A stretch of DNA of 64,000 bases from Scyliorhinus canicula (lineage: Eukaryota), in NCBI RefSeq assembly GCF_902713615.1, contig NC_052158.1, forward strand, positions 32,343,990-32,407,989. The letters run 5' to 3'. Made by a program: the position numbers and the translations under genes. Positions 33,401 through 44,234 of the stretch are shown in pieces. Positions within the stretch are counted from its first letter, which is position 1. Every line of letters starts with the position of its first letter. The notes beneath the pieces are model-generated. The model was not told the DNA's origin and did not search any database. It saw nothing but the letters and a program-made list of their open reading frames with translations.

Positions 33401-35847
33401 ATGTTAGGCTTACTGGTCTATAATTCACTGCATTCTTGATACCTCCCTTATTGAATATTGGATTGACATGAGCTACCCTCCAATCTGCAGGGACTGTTCC
33501 AGAGTCTGTAGGATCCTGGAAGATGACCACCAGTGCATCCCCTATTTCCAGAGCCACCTCCTTCAGCATCTGGGATGCAGATTCTGAGGCCCTGGGGATT
33601 TATCCGCCTTCCATAACATCAATTTTCCCAGCACCATTTTCATACTAATGTTGATCTCCCTCTGTTCTTCCCTCTCACTAAACCTTTCATTCTCCAACAT
33701 TTCTGGTATCTGATTTGTGTCCTTGCTTGTGAAGACAGAACCAAAGTATGTATCCAATTGCTCAGCCATTTCTTTGACCCTTATTATGCATTCCTTGTTT
33801 CTGTGTGTAGGGGGCCTACATTTCTCTACCAATCTCTTTGTCTTCACATATCTATTGAAACTCTTTGTGTCAATCTTTGTGTTCCCTTTGTGTACTGTAC
33901 TTTCCCCTTCTTTATCAATCCCTTTGTCCTTATTTGCTGAATTCTAAACTGTTCCCTATCCTCAGACCTATTATTTTTCTTGGCCAATCTGTATGCTTCT
34001 TTCTTGGATTGGCTACGACTTCTAATTTCCTTTGTAAGCCATGGATTGACCCTCTTACCCATTTTGCTTATGTGCCAGACAGGAATGAGCAGTTGCTGCA
34101 GTTCCCCCATGCGTTCCTTGAATGTTTGCCATTGCCTATCCACTGCCATCCCTTTAAGTAACACTCTCCAATCTATCAAGGCCAACTCATGCCTCATATC
34201 TTCATAGTTTCCTTTATTAAGAATCAGCACCCTAGTCTCCGAATCAACTACTTCACTCTCCATCTTCTATCATGTTATGGTTGCCCATCCCCAAGGAATC
34301 TTGCACAACCAGATTGGCAACGATTCCCTTCTCATTACACAATACCCAGTCTAAGATGGCCTGCTCGCTAGTTGGTTCCTTGACATATTGGTCAAGAAAA
34401 CTATCCCATATACCTCCAGGAATTCCTCCTCTATGGCTTTGTGGCTAAATTGATTTGCCCAATCTATGTGAAGATTAAAATCACCCATGATCACCAATAT
34501 TCCCTTATTACATGCATCTCTAATTTTGTGATTAATGCCATTCCCAACATCACCACTGCAGTTTAGGGGTCCATATATGACACCTACTAATGCTTTTTGC
34601 CCCTTAGTATTTCTCAACTCTACCCATACAGATTTCACATTGTCAGAGCTAATATCCTTTCTCACTATTGTGTTAATTTCCTCTTTAACCAGCAGTGCCA
34701 CACTACCACCTTGACCTTCATGTCTGTCCTTCCTAAATACTGAAAACCCTGGGATATTCAGTTCCCATCTCTGGTCACCCTGCAGCCATGTCTCCGTAAT
34801 CCCAATTATATCATACCCATTTATATCTATCTGCAAAATTCATTCATCAACTTTAGTGCAAATGCTCTGTGCATTAAGCCACCGAGCCTTTAAGTTTGTC
34901 TTTTTCACATTGTTTGTCTTGCTCCCAATATTTTTCTCTTTTGCCCTGTTTGAATTTTGCCCTTGGTTTCTCCACCTATCACTTTTCACTGTTGGGGATG
35001 GAATTTGGAGCACATAAGGAATATGCAGTTTTGATACAAATAAAGCAGGATCGAATTCCATAAAAGATCAGGCCAAATTGCCTCCTCCTGTATTCCTCCA
35101 TCTGTGTGTCTCTGTCTTCACTTTCCAGCCCATTGTCACTGCCCACAGTTCCCTCACAATGCAGAGTTTCCTTCCCTTTACAGACCCAGTACCCAGCTTG
35201 GCATTGCCCCTCTCACACCCACTCGCTCACTGACCCAGGGGTAATGCCCCAGTACCCAGCCTGGCTCTATCCCTCTCACACCCCATCGCTCACTGACCCA
35301 GGGTTAATGCCCCAGTACCCAGCCTGGCTCTGCCCCTCTCATACCCCATCATTCACTGATCCAGGGTTAATGCCCCAGTACCCAGCCTGGCTCTGCCCCT
35401 CTCATACCCCATCACTCACTGACCCAGGGTTAATGCCCCAGTACCCAGCCTGGCTCTGTCCCTCTCACACCCGCATCACTCACTGACCCAGGGTTAATGC
35501 CCCAGTACCCAGCCTGGCTCTGTCCCTCTCACACCCCATCACTCACTGACCCAGGGTTAATGCCCCAGTACCCAGCCTGGCTCTGTCCCTCTCACACCGC
35601 ATCACTCACTGACACAGGGTTAATGCCCCAATACCCAGCCTGGCTCTGCCCCTCTCACACCCCATCACTCACTGACACAGGGTTAATGCCCCAGTACCCA
35701 GCCTGGCTCTGCCCCTCTCACACCCCATCACTCACTGACCCAGGGTTAATGCCCCAGTACCCAGCCTGGCTCTGCCCCTTTCACACCCCATCACTCACCT
35801 GCAGACACCTCCGCACACAGAAGGAGCAGCACTATCTGTCCAATCAT
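9383..35847 (-). CDS. UAA: MHC class I heavy chain gene, 7 coding exons, 344 aa (UAA-lineage-like, probably non-classical)
   Basis: Manual splicing of seven exons (49+261+273+264+108+33+47=1035 nt), all GT-AG and phase 1, gives an uninterrupted leader-alpha1-alpha2-alpha3-TM-cytoplasmic protein. The lineage name is inferred from resemblance to shark classical-type class I, not from a search. Confidence 0.93.
9707..9739 (-). CDS. MHC class I exon 6, cytoplasmic (GRGKRGYNPTN)
   Basis: Acceptor ttgttttgcag| and donor A|GTAAGC flank a 33-nt phase-1 exon carrying the conserved cytoplasmic Tyr. Confidence 0.85.
10152..10259 (-). CDS. MHC class I exon 5, connecting peptide and transmembrane helix
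   Basis: Acceptor ctctctaacag|, then GPKSHSQVPVTVGIVLGILVLLITLIIVAVLIYNKK, then donor AAG|GTAGGA. Confidence 0.93.
10634..12376 (-). pseudogene. FLYWCH-MULE transposase pseudogene
   Basis: ORF fragments 12376-12224, 11882-11786, 11520-11056 and 11032-10634 form one collinear DDE transposase. Confidence 0.88.
11883..12223 (-). mobile_element. HE1-type SINE inside the MULE transposase
   Basis: Interrupts the FLYWCH domain; short ATTTGG-like duplication at the junctions. Confidence 0.92.
12829..13125 (+). mobile_element. SINE whose head (starting ~10457) was split by the MULE insertion
   Basis: ggcagcacggtagcac at 10457-10472 continues as cggtagcacaatgg... after the transposon. Confidence 0.85.
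13130..13690 (-). mobile_element. CR1 RT fragment
   Basis: Degenerate [10 protein letters not shown] and KFADDT motifs on the minus strand. Confidence 0.7.
13810..14330 (+). mobile_element. Gypsy gag remnant
   Basis: SFVTDLRLKAQSYNFADLQDSRVKDQL resembles vertebrate Gypsy capsid. Confidence 0.6.
14330..14787 (-). mobile_element. Gypsy LTR (TGTGGTGAAT...) plus the start of gag
   Basis: LTR-like ~300 bp followed by MEAALKPGLLELDP on the minus strand. Confidence 0.55.
15195..15610 (+). mobile_element. Rex1/Babar-type LINE 3' end (second copy at ~17150-17550)
   Basis: SRCLGKATSIIKDPTHPGHTLFHL motif and AATAAATCAAATCAAAT tail. Confidence 0.75.
16010..16795. repeat. 35-bp satellite core (gggccctgtcatactgtaatatcccaggatacact), ~22 homogeneous copies
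   Basis: Two main variants (gatacact and gatagtgt); degenerate copies of the same unit run from about 14790 to 20940. Confidence 0.95.
19185..19407 (+). mobile_element. Solo LTR inserted in an HE1-type SINE
   Basis: TG...CA termini with 5-bp TSD TGGGG on both sides; the SINE continues on each side. Confidence 0.8.
19723..20655 (+). mobile_element. Probable solo LTR (~930 bp) in the degenerate 35-bp satellite
   Basis: TG...CA termini, TATA-like and AATAAA-like signals; the satellite phase resumes after it (imperfect 4-bp TSD). Confidence 0.55.
21085..21348 (-). CDS. MHC class I exon 4, alpha3 Ig C1-set domain
   Basis: Acceptor tttctctctcag|, then VAPFVSFTRLGDSNRLSCVVTAFYP...LPNHDSTYQ...YSCRVEHSGL, then donor G|GTAAGA. 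C1-set FYP and YxCxVxH motifs are present. Confidence 0.97.
21410..30802. repeat. ~9.4-kb tandem array, ~27-bp unit CTCACTCACCGACTCTCAGTC(C)n, filling intron 3
   Basis: Continuous tandem unit, roughly 350 copies by length/unit estimate, with variable C-run length. The unit equals the reverse complement of the exon 3 end plus donor. Confidence 0.98.
30792..31064 (-). CDS. MHC class I exon 3, alpha2 domain (not in the supplied ORF track)
   Basis: Acceptor aattcacag|, then GIHTYQTKFGCDLSDDG...WDGQDFISFDK...IKNKWDQ...HYLEEECFEWLTKYMEYGHQELRV, then donor G|GTGAGT. The C101/C164 pair, H93, Q96, D119 and D122 are present. Confidence 0.97.
31152..31490 (+). mobile_element. Older HE1-type SINE in intron 2
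   Basis: Diverged head and core. Confidence 0.8.
31577..31837 (-). CDS. MHC class I exon 2, alpha1 domain
   Basis: Acceptor tatgtatttcag|, then DSHSLRYFLTSMTPIPGFPEFLVVGYVDGVQF...LMARSNQSG, then donor G|GTAAGT. SHSLRY, GYVD and the NQS glycosylation sequon are class I hallmarks. Confidence 0.97.
31845..32068. repeat. Minisatellite (~41-bp subunits in an ~83-bp dimer) abutting the exon 2 acceptor
   Basis: Alternating gagagacatcagggcatgaacccaaaaacaccaacaccca and cacacacagacatctgggtatgaacaccaaaacaccaacaccca units. Confidence 0.85.
32320..32866 (+). mobile_element. Collapsed CR1 RT fragments
   Basis: RPVSLTKVVGKMLESII and FFTQRVVNLWNSL motifs. Confidence 0.75.
33240..35070 (-). mobile_element. 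CR1 ORF2 pseudogene (endonuclease and RT N-terminus) in intron 1
   Basis: GITETWLQ, MGDFNLH, KSPGP and NYRPVSLTSVVGK motifs across frameshifted ORFs. Confidence 0.9.
35175..35798. repeat. 63-bp minisatellite, ~10 copies, abutting the exon 1 donor
   Basis: Unit cccagggttaatgccccagtacccagcctggctctgcccctctcacaccccatcactcactga; it produces the 21-aa repeated shadow ORFs. Confidence 0.95.
35799..35847 (-). CDS. MHC class I exon 1, signal peptide MIGQIVLLLLCAEVSA
   Basis: ATG in context GCAACAATGA, hydrophobic 16-aa leader ending VSA, followed by donor GCAG|GTGAGT; joins exon 2 in frame (G+AC=Asp). Confidence 0.9.
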
Positions 35848-35960
35848 TGTTGCTTCCCTCAGGCTGGAGGAGACATTTTTGGAGAAATCTTTCACTGAGA
35901 AAACGAATTGTTTTCAGTTCGTGATTCCTGTCCTGTCTTGTTGCAGTGAGCCTCAATCGG

Positions 35961-36047
35961 ATTGGACACAAAATATAATTGAACCAATCAAAATAAGAAG
36001 AGTCAGTGAGTCATCAGTTTCTGGCAGAATAGACACAAAACAGGTTC
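35961..36047 (-). promoter_or_regulatory. MHC S-X-Y enhanceosome module plus downstream CCAAT box
   Basis: Minus strand reads GAACCT (S), 16 bp, GCCAGAAACTGATG (X1) overlapping TGACTCA (X2), 20 bp, TTGATTGG (Y), then CCAAT at 35965-35961, about 115-200 bp upstream of the ATG. Confidence 0.8.
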
Positions 36048-39000
36048 AGAAACAAACTCTTCCGCAATATTGTGAACCATCCAATCACCTTGTATCCCAG
36101 CCCCCTCCAGATAAAGATCAATATTCCATTAGCCAGACGGTGAAATGGGCAGACACACGGCAGATAAAATGCAATTTTATTTTAAATGATGCATTGAAAG
36201 GAAGAATGGGAAGAGGATATATAAACTGAATGGTACACAAATCCCTGACAGTGGCAGGGGAGTTTGATAAGACTGTTAAAAGAAGCATAAATGAACACTT
36301 AGCTTTATAAATAAAGACACAGAGTACAAAAGCAAGGAGGCAATGCTGAACATTTATATAATATTGGTTAGACCCCTACTGGAGAATTGTGTTCACTTCT
36401 GGTCAGAGTGTTTCAGGAAGGATGTCAAGGCCTTGGACAGGGTGCAGAGGAGATTTGCTGAAATATTATTGGGAGGAGGGGCTCATGTCTTCCAATGGGC
36501 TGTTCAATGTTGGAGAAATCATATCTTTCAAAATCTTACTTTTTAAATACAACAAGCTATTGCATCATCCAGACAATTGGGTGCCACCCTACAGATTGTT
36601 TAAAAGGCCATGAGTTCACCTTGGACTTTGCCTGACATTTCTGGTACTTGAAGAAGTGTTCATTGATTGTTTTGAACTGGAATCACTTTAATTGATGGCT
36701 GGAAAAAAACTGAAAGGCAAAGGCTAGTGAGTTGCTGAAAATCACACGGCACGGACAAACTGTAACTGTTTTTGAAGTCTGTTTTGTTGAGGACTAAGTT
36801 GTGAAAATAAGTTTCTCTCTGCATCTCACTGCATAACCTAACATTGGATGTTGTTGTCTCACTCTCTCTCCCTCTCTGTCTGTTTAGCCTAACATTGGGT
36901 GCGGTTCACAACCTGCTGCCAGAGAATCCTCACCTGAGTGTAACTTGTCTGAATTTTGGACCTGCAAAGCTGAATAAATAAGAATTGGTCCAGCTCTTTA
37001 TTCTTCTCCATGTGAATCACCAGACATCCAACAGGACCATGAGGGAACACAGATCAACAGTGTTGAACCCCTACAAACATTATTCTTTATTTGCCTATCC
37101 TCTAAAGCCCATATTTGCATAGCGACACTATACATTTGTCATTTGTGAGTGTGTGTGTGTGGCAATGATAACTGCTCATGGAGTTGGGGGTAATATTTTT
37201 GCATGAATAAAGGATTGGTTAATAGACAGGAAACAGAGTAGTTATAAATGCGACATTTCTCAGTTGGCAGAATGTGACTAGTTGAGTCTCACTTGGTTCA
37301 GTGCTGGGAACTCAGCCATCTACCATCCACATTCATGATTCAGAAAAAAAGAGACCAAATGTAATGTTTCTAAATTTATAGATGCTACAAAGCTGGGCAG
37401 AAATGCAAATTGTGTGGGGGACCGAGAGAAGCTGCAAAGATATTTAGAAAAGTTAAGAGAATGGGCGATGTCATAATATCCACTCATGTATATAATGAGG
37501 TGCAAACAGGCAGTGATTGACATACAGGATGACCAGTAAGCACACAACACAGTGCAGCCAATTACCAGACAGGACACTACCACTATAAAGCCAGAGGGCA
37601 CTAGGTTTCCCGCTCTCTCTGGACCCAGCTACTGAGACAGTCAGACTCCATGAGCCAGCCAGTGCAAACACCATGCGGTAGCTAGTATGTCTGGTCAGGC
37701 TAATACAAGGTCTCCAGTCAGTTCAGTATAGTGTCGACCCACAGCTGAACAAGTTCTATCGTTGAATAAAACAGTGTTGGTTTTTCTCCTGTGTTAAATG
37801 TCTGCTTCCAGTTTCCCTGCATCGAGTGCAGTCCACATCGATCCAGCCTGCCTCACATATCAAGGTATCAGATTGATACTGATCTTGACGGACCTACCTC
37901 GAGTGAATCAGCAGTGACCATCGGATGAAATAGAAAACATCCAGCCTCCTCCCCAGCTCCGCATCTCCGGCAACCTCAGTGCCAAAGTTCCTCTTGTACA
38001 TCGAGGCATCCGACCTCGAAGCCGTATTGGATGCCAGGAAGGTCGCGCTATTTCTCTCCACAGCGGGGGACCACGCCATCCACATCTACACCTCCCTTAC
38101 GTTCGCTGAAGGCGAAGACAAAACAAAATTCAAAACAGTCCTGCTGAAGTTCGACAGCCACTGCAACATTGAGGTGAATGAGAGCTTTGAACAGTACGTT
38201 TTCCAGCAGAGGCTTCAGGGTAAGGATGAACCTTTTCAGTCCTTCTTGACCCATCTCCACATCCTAGCGCAGTTATGAAACTATGACTCGATGGCTGATT
38301 CCATGATCCGGGATCAGATCAGGGTACACTCCGACTCCCTTCGGCAGCAGCTCCTGAAAGTCAAACAGTTGACCCTCCCTGTCGCTATCGAGACGTGCGT
38401 TGTCCATGAACATGCTAAGAATCGTTACTCCCACATTAGGGCGGCAGAGACTGCAAAGCTGGCCTCCCACGAGGTGGAACGGGTGTAGGCCATCGCACAG
38501 ATGCAGGGCCTGATCATCGAGGAGAGTGGCCGTTTTGCGCGCTTTTCCCGGGTCCCTGCGCATGTGCGCCACGACCGAGTGGACGACAAAACCGACAACC
38601 CGACTGTGCAGGTGCGTACATTGACCGACAGCACTGCACATGCGCAATGAAGCACGGAAAGCGCTGACGTCAGCGTCATGACGTGTCCAAATTCTGACTC
38701 TGCCCACTAAAAGCGGCAATGTCCAGCAAAAGGACGCCCGTGTCTACAGTGTGGCAAGCTTGGCCACTACGCAGCCCTTTGCAGATCTGCTCCACCGCTC
38801 AGCAGCCAGCCGTCCCAGCTGCGGCGCAGACGTGTCCGCTCAATACAACAAGGCATGCCACATTCTGATCCCGACAGCCCAACAGACCTGATGCTGACTG
38901 CCTCAAGTCCCCATACCGGATGGGCATCATAACTACACATGCGCTGCCTTCCACCACAACGGCAAAACGCCTCTCCATCCAGTGTGGATCCCAACGACGA

Positions 39001-39212
39001 GTGGTGTGCTGTCCTCACAGTTAACAAGGCTCGTATCCAGTTCACATAATCCAGAAGGATTTAAATGACATGACACCTCGGTTACAGCAAATTCTTCTTA
39101 AGCTACGCCAGTACAACTTCGAACTTGTCTACACGCTAGGCAAAGAGCTGATCATTGCAGGTGCCCTATCCAGGTCCATTGTGAACAAAGTGACTTCATC
39201 TGCCACATAGAA

Positions 39213-40307
39213 GTGCAAGTGCAGTTGTGTGCCACCGACCTTCAGGCCTCTGATGAACGGGTGGTCCAAATACGTGAAGAAACGGCCAAGGATCCTCTGC
39301 TGCAGCGTGTGATGCAGCACCTTACCAATGGCTGGCAGAAGGGACAATGTCCCCAGTTCTATAACGTAGAAGACGACCTGATGGTGGTGGAGGGAACCCT
39401 TCTGAAACTCGACAGGATCATAATTCCTCAGAGCATGCGGGCCATGGTGCTGGGCCAACTCCATGAGGGTTACCTTGGGGTCGATAAATGCCGACGCAGA
39501 GCTTGGGAGGCAGTCTATTGGCCGGACATCAGCCAGGACATTGTCAACATGGTCCTCAACTGCCCTACTTGTCAGACGTGTCAGCCAGCTCAACCCAAAG
39601 AAACGTTGCAGCAGCACGAGATCGTGACCTCTCCATGGTCCAAAGTAGGTGTAGACCTTTTCCACGCCAAGGGGCGCGACTACGTACTCCTGGTCGACTA
39701 TTTCTCCAGTTACCCAGAGGTGGTGAAACTGTCCGACCTCACGTCGAAGGTGGTAATCAAAGCCTGCCAAGAAACATTCGGCAGGCATGGGATACCACTC
39801 ACGGTAATGAGCGACAATGGTCCTTGCTTTTGCAGCCAGGAAAGGTCTGATTTTGCACAGTCCTACAACTTCCGTCACGTAACCTCCAGTCCCCACTACC
39901 CGCAGTCAAACGGGAAGGCCGAGAAAGAGGTCCATATTGTAAAGCGATTGCTGTGCAAAGCTGCAGACTCAGGCTCCGACTTCAACCTGGCAATGCTGGC
40001 ATACAGGGCAACCCCACTGTCCACTAGATTGGCTCCAGGGCAGATGCTCATGAATCTGCAGACCACAGTTCCAGCCATCCATGTTCCAGACCTTGACCAC
40101 CTCACGGTCTTACAGAAAATGCAGCAGTCCCGGGGCCAACAGAACGCCACATATGATGCTCATGCCGCAGATCTACCCGAGCTGGCCCCTACTGATCATG
40201 TTCGTGTCCAGTTGCCTGAGGGCGGCTGGTCAGCCACAGCTGTTGTGATCAAACAAGTGGCCCCAAGATCGTTCCTTGTCCGCATGGCTGATGGCTCCGT
40301 GCTATAG
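39213..40307 (+). pseudogene. pol: Gypsy integrase ORF remnant (364 aa)
   Basis: HHCC-like region (LHEGYLG...CPTC), VGVDLF, SDNGP and HYPQSNGKAE core motifs. Confidence 0.9.
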
Positions 40308-40973
40308 CGCAACAGACGAGCACTGCAAAGAGTTCCACGCCTGCTACCTGACCAACGTGCCCCGACACCTATGATGATTCCTCCGGGCGTACCCTACCAC
40401 AAAGCCACCGATCTACCAGCAATCCTGCTGGCCCACGCGACCACCGTATTGGCAGCGATCTCGCCTATCCAAGTGCAGGCGGCTCCTGATCAACCTCTGC
40501 GGTGATCGACAAGAACTTGTTGCCCGCCACAAAGGCTAAATCTATAGACTGAACTTTTTGTACATTTTGTGACTTCATCGATTTAACCTCTGTAAATATT
40601 GTTTTGTTTGCCATGTATCTGCACTATCGACATCTTCCTATGTATATACATTAATCCAGACACCTTTTGCATATAGTCAGGCATAAATGTATATACACTC
40701 ACACACCCTAGTATTTATTTATCTAAAAAAAAAGGATGTCATAATATCCACTCATGTATATAATGAGGTGCAGACAGGCAGTGATTGACATACAGGACGA
40801 CCAGTAAGCACACAACACAGTGCAGCCAATTACCAGACAGGACACTACCACTGTAAAGCCAGAGGGCACTAGGTTTCCCGTTCTCTCCGGACCCAGCTAC
40901 TGAGACAGTCAGACTCCATGAGCAAGCCAGTGCAAACACCACATGGTAGCTAGTAACTCTGGTCAGGCTAATA

Positions 40974-41303
40974 CAGGGGTGGGCAAACTACGGCCCGCGG
41001 GCCGCATGCGGCCCGCCAAAGGTATTTCTGCGGCCCACCAAGTCATTAAAAAAAAAAGGGGGGGGGCTTTTGGGTTACTTACTGGTATATGGTGGATACG
41101 TTGACTTGAGTAGGGTGATCATTGCTCGGCACAACATCGAGGGCCGAAGGGCCTGTTCTGTGCTGTACTGTTCTATGTTCTATATGAGGCGCCCAGAATC
41201 ATAACCGGGTGAAGTAATTATTTTACTTAATATACTATGCGGCCCTTTGTGAATTGTGAATTTCTGAATGTGGCCCTTGTACGGAAAAGTTTGCCCACCC
41301 CTG
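40974..41303. mobile_element. hAT (Charlie-type) MITE in the Gypsy 3' LTR, itself containing an HE1 SINE tail (~41066-41185)
   Basis: 16-bp TIR CAGGGGTGGGCAAACT / AGTTTGCCCACCCCTG and 8-bp TSD GGCTAATA. Confidence 0.93.
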
Positions 41304-41889
41304 GGCTAATACAAGGTCTCCAGTCAGTTCAGTATAGTGTCGACCCACAACTAAACATGTCATGTCTATCGTTGTCTATCGTTGAATAAAACAGTGTTGG
41401 ATTTTCTCCAGTATTAGACGTCTGCTTCTAGCTTCCCTGCATCAAGTGCAGTCCACATCGAACCAGCCTGCCTAACACATCAGGCGACAACGTGGCTGAT
41501 GGAGTGTAAGGTGGGTCAGTGTGGAGTTACACTGTGCCTCCTGCCAAAGCAACATGGCCACCTGTGTATGCTCACTGATCCGCCCACACTTCACTCTTTT
41601 AAACCCAGCCTGCCAGAAGGTCTTTAAGTGGAATCATGTCTATCCTTCAGTAACAGTTCCCCAATTTCTGATACTGTACAAGGGAGAAAAAGAGAAGGCA
41701 AAGTGAGAGGAAAACTCATTTTAAGATAGGGTTGTGAGACACAGATGGTCAAACAAAGTATTGGTTTCAGGAAATATGGTAAATCCTGTATTTTACCGAG
41801 AAAACATATATCGAGGAGACATAAGATGCAGTCCCATTCCTCACTGACTTGTATCAGTGACAATCACAGTATTAATGGTCGTCCTGTAT

Positions 41890-42690
41890 GAATGCACACT
41901 GTACAATGTCTGTGAGCTTGGTGAATGCACACTGCACAATGTCTATGAGCTCGGTGAATGCACAATGTCTGTGTCTGTGAGCTCGGTGAATGCACACTGC
42001 ACAATGTCTGTGTCTGTGAGCTCGGTGAATGCACACTGCACAATGTCTGTGAGGTTGTTGAATGCACACTGCACAATGTCTGTGTCTGTGAGCTCGGTGA
42101 ATGCAGACTGCACAATGTCTGTGAGCTCGGTGAATGCACGATGTCTGTGTCTGTGAGCTCGGTGAATGCACACTGCACAATGTCTGTGAGCTTGGTGAAT
42201 GCACACTGTACAATGTCTGTGTCCGTGAGCTCGGTGATTACACACTGCATGATGTCTGTGTCTGTGAGCTCGGTGAATGCACGATGTCTGTGTCTGTGAG
42301 CTCGGTGAATGCACACTGCACAATATCTGTGAGCTCGGTGAATGCACACTGCACAATGTCTGTGAGCTCGGTGAATGCACACTGCTCAATGTCTGTGAGC
42401 TCGGTGAATGCACACTGCACAATGTCAATGTCTGGAGCTCGGTGAATGCACACTGCACAATGTCTATGTCTGGAGCTCGGTGAATGCACACTGCACAATG
42501 TCTGTGAGCTCGGTGAATGCACACTGCACAATGTCTGTGAGCTCGGTGAATGCACACTGCACAATGTCTATGTCTGGAGCTCGGTGAATGCACAATGTCA
42601 ATGTCTGTGAGCTTGGTGAATGCACAATGTCAATGTCTGTGAGCTCGGTGAATGCACACTGCACAATGTCTGTGAGCTCGGTGAATGCAT
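41890..42690. repeat. 33/39-bp minisatellite (tgtctgtgagctcggtgaatgcacactgcacaa)
   Basis: Tandem array with length variants; source of the His/Cys-rich shadow ORFs. Confidence 0.95.
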
Positions 42691-44234
42691 AATATCTGTG
42701 TTTGTGGTAAAATATGGTTTCCTGTTTCACATGATGGAAAAACACTAGACCTGCTCTTACGTGGCATTGGCAGCAAACACAGCTGTGGGGGTTATCCGAC
42801 ATTGAATATTCCTTTTAAAAAGTTGTTAAATGTATAAATGTTGATAATCGGAACTCAGGAATTATTGCAGATACAAAAAGGTATTATGAAAACAATTGGC
42901 CTGTTGGTCTTCATTGCAAAGGGGATTAGGGAACAGAATAAAGAAGTCATGTTACAAATGTAAAGACCGTTGGTGATACCACACCTATAAATCTGTGTGG
43001 AAATTTTGGCGACATAGGAACAGAAGGAGGCCCCAATTCAGCCCCTCGACTCTGTCCCGCCATTCATTTGGACCATGGCTGACCTGTGATCTAACTCCAT
43101 ATCCCTGCCTTGGGCCCATATCCCTTCAGTTTGACAAAAATCAATCTGTCTGAGATTTAAAATTAACAACTGATCTCGTTTCAACTGCTGTTTGTGGGTG
43201 ACAGTTCCAACCCTCTATTACCCTTTGAGTGAAGAGGTTCTTTCTAACATCTCTCCTGAATGGTCAAGCCCTAATTTCCTTGAAGACATAGAGATGGTTT
43301 GCTTGGCTAAATCTTGAAGGACGTCCATTTGCCTTATGAGGAAAGGTTGAGTAGTTTGGGCCTTTATTAGTGAAATGTAGATAAATTATCTCTTTGAAAC
43401 ATGTTAGATTCTGACAGGGCTTGATGGGGTCGATACTGAAAGATTGTTTCTGCTGATCGGGGAATGTAAAATATACAGTTTTGAATCTGAGGAATCCTCT
43501 ACCCCAGAGAATTGTGGATGCTTCATCACTGAATATATTAACGAGAGGCCGATTTGTGGTCTCTCAGGTAATCGAGGGGCACAGAGAACAGGCCTGAGTG
43601 TAGAGTTGAGGCAGAAGGTTAGCTCTCATCGTGTTGAATGGAGAGGTGTCCTCTACTGATACTGTCCCTCTCAGTCTGTGAGCAGCGTGCTGTCCTGAGT
43701 TTTTAAATTCAAAGTCCATATTCTGCCCAGTAACAGGTCGTGATTGGAACCTGCCTGAGTGGGATGATTTCCAGAGACCGAAAGAAAGCAGAGGAGAGAC
43801 CTGGACACAGAGGGACAAGGACATGTTCCCTCGCTTCTCTCTCACTCTCACTCTATCCATCTCTCTCCCTCTCTCTCTCTCCAGAAAGGCTGTGAGTTGA
43901 TGTATTTCTGAACCTACAGAGAACCTGAATGAATGAATCTACAGTGAATCCATTACAGACTACAAACAGAGACCTGTATCCGAAAGCTTAATTTGAAGGA
44001 AGGTCTGCTGAATAACAACCATCTGCAAAAAACACTAAATTTCCTTTTCCTTATCATTTTCACCCCTGTCCTCTCCTGTCTTGTGTGTGTCTAGAGGGTA
44101 GAGCCAATTTAAAGTGAGGGATTAGGGATTTAATAATAGTTAACCAGTTCTATTTGCTGCATATTTCAGGAAAGATCTTGTTCAGAATAAAAAGTGTTTA
44201 CAATTACAAACCTGGTGGCTGTAATTATTGGACA

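Larger units (their letters stand above)
37469..41482 (+). mobile_element. Gypsy/Ty3 LTR retrotransposon, internally deleted (no RT)
   Basis: LTRs 37469-37862 and 40737-41482 (TG...CA), 5-bp TSD GGCGA, PBS-like aggtatcag and A/G-rich PPT. Gag zinc knuckle CLQCGKLGHYAALC at 38741-38782. Sequence jumps from the protease start to the RNase H end near 39043. Confidence 0.93.

Noticed and set aside
41857-42802. His/Cys-rich ORFs resembling metal-binding or zinc-finger proteins
   Set aside because: Products of the 33/39-bp minisatellite, open in several frames on both strands.
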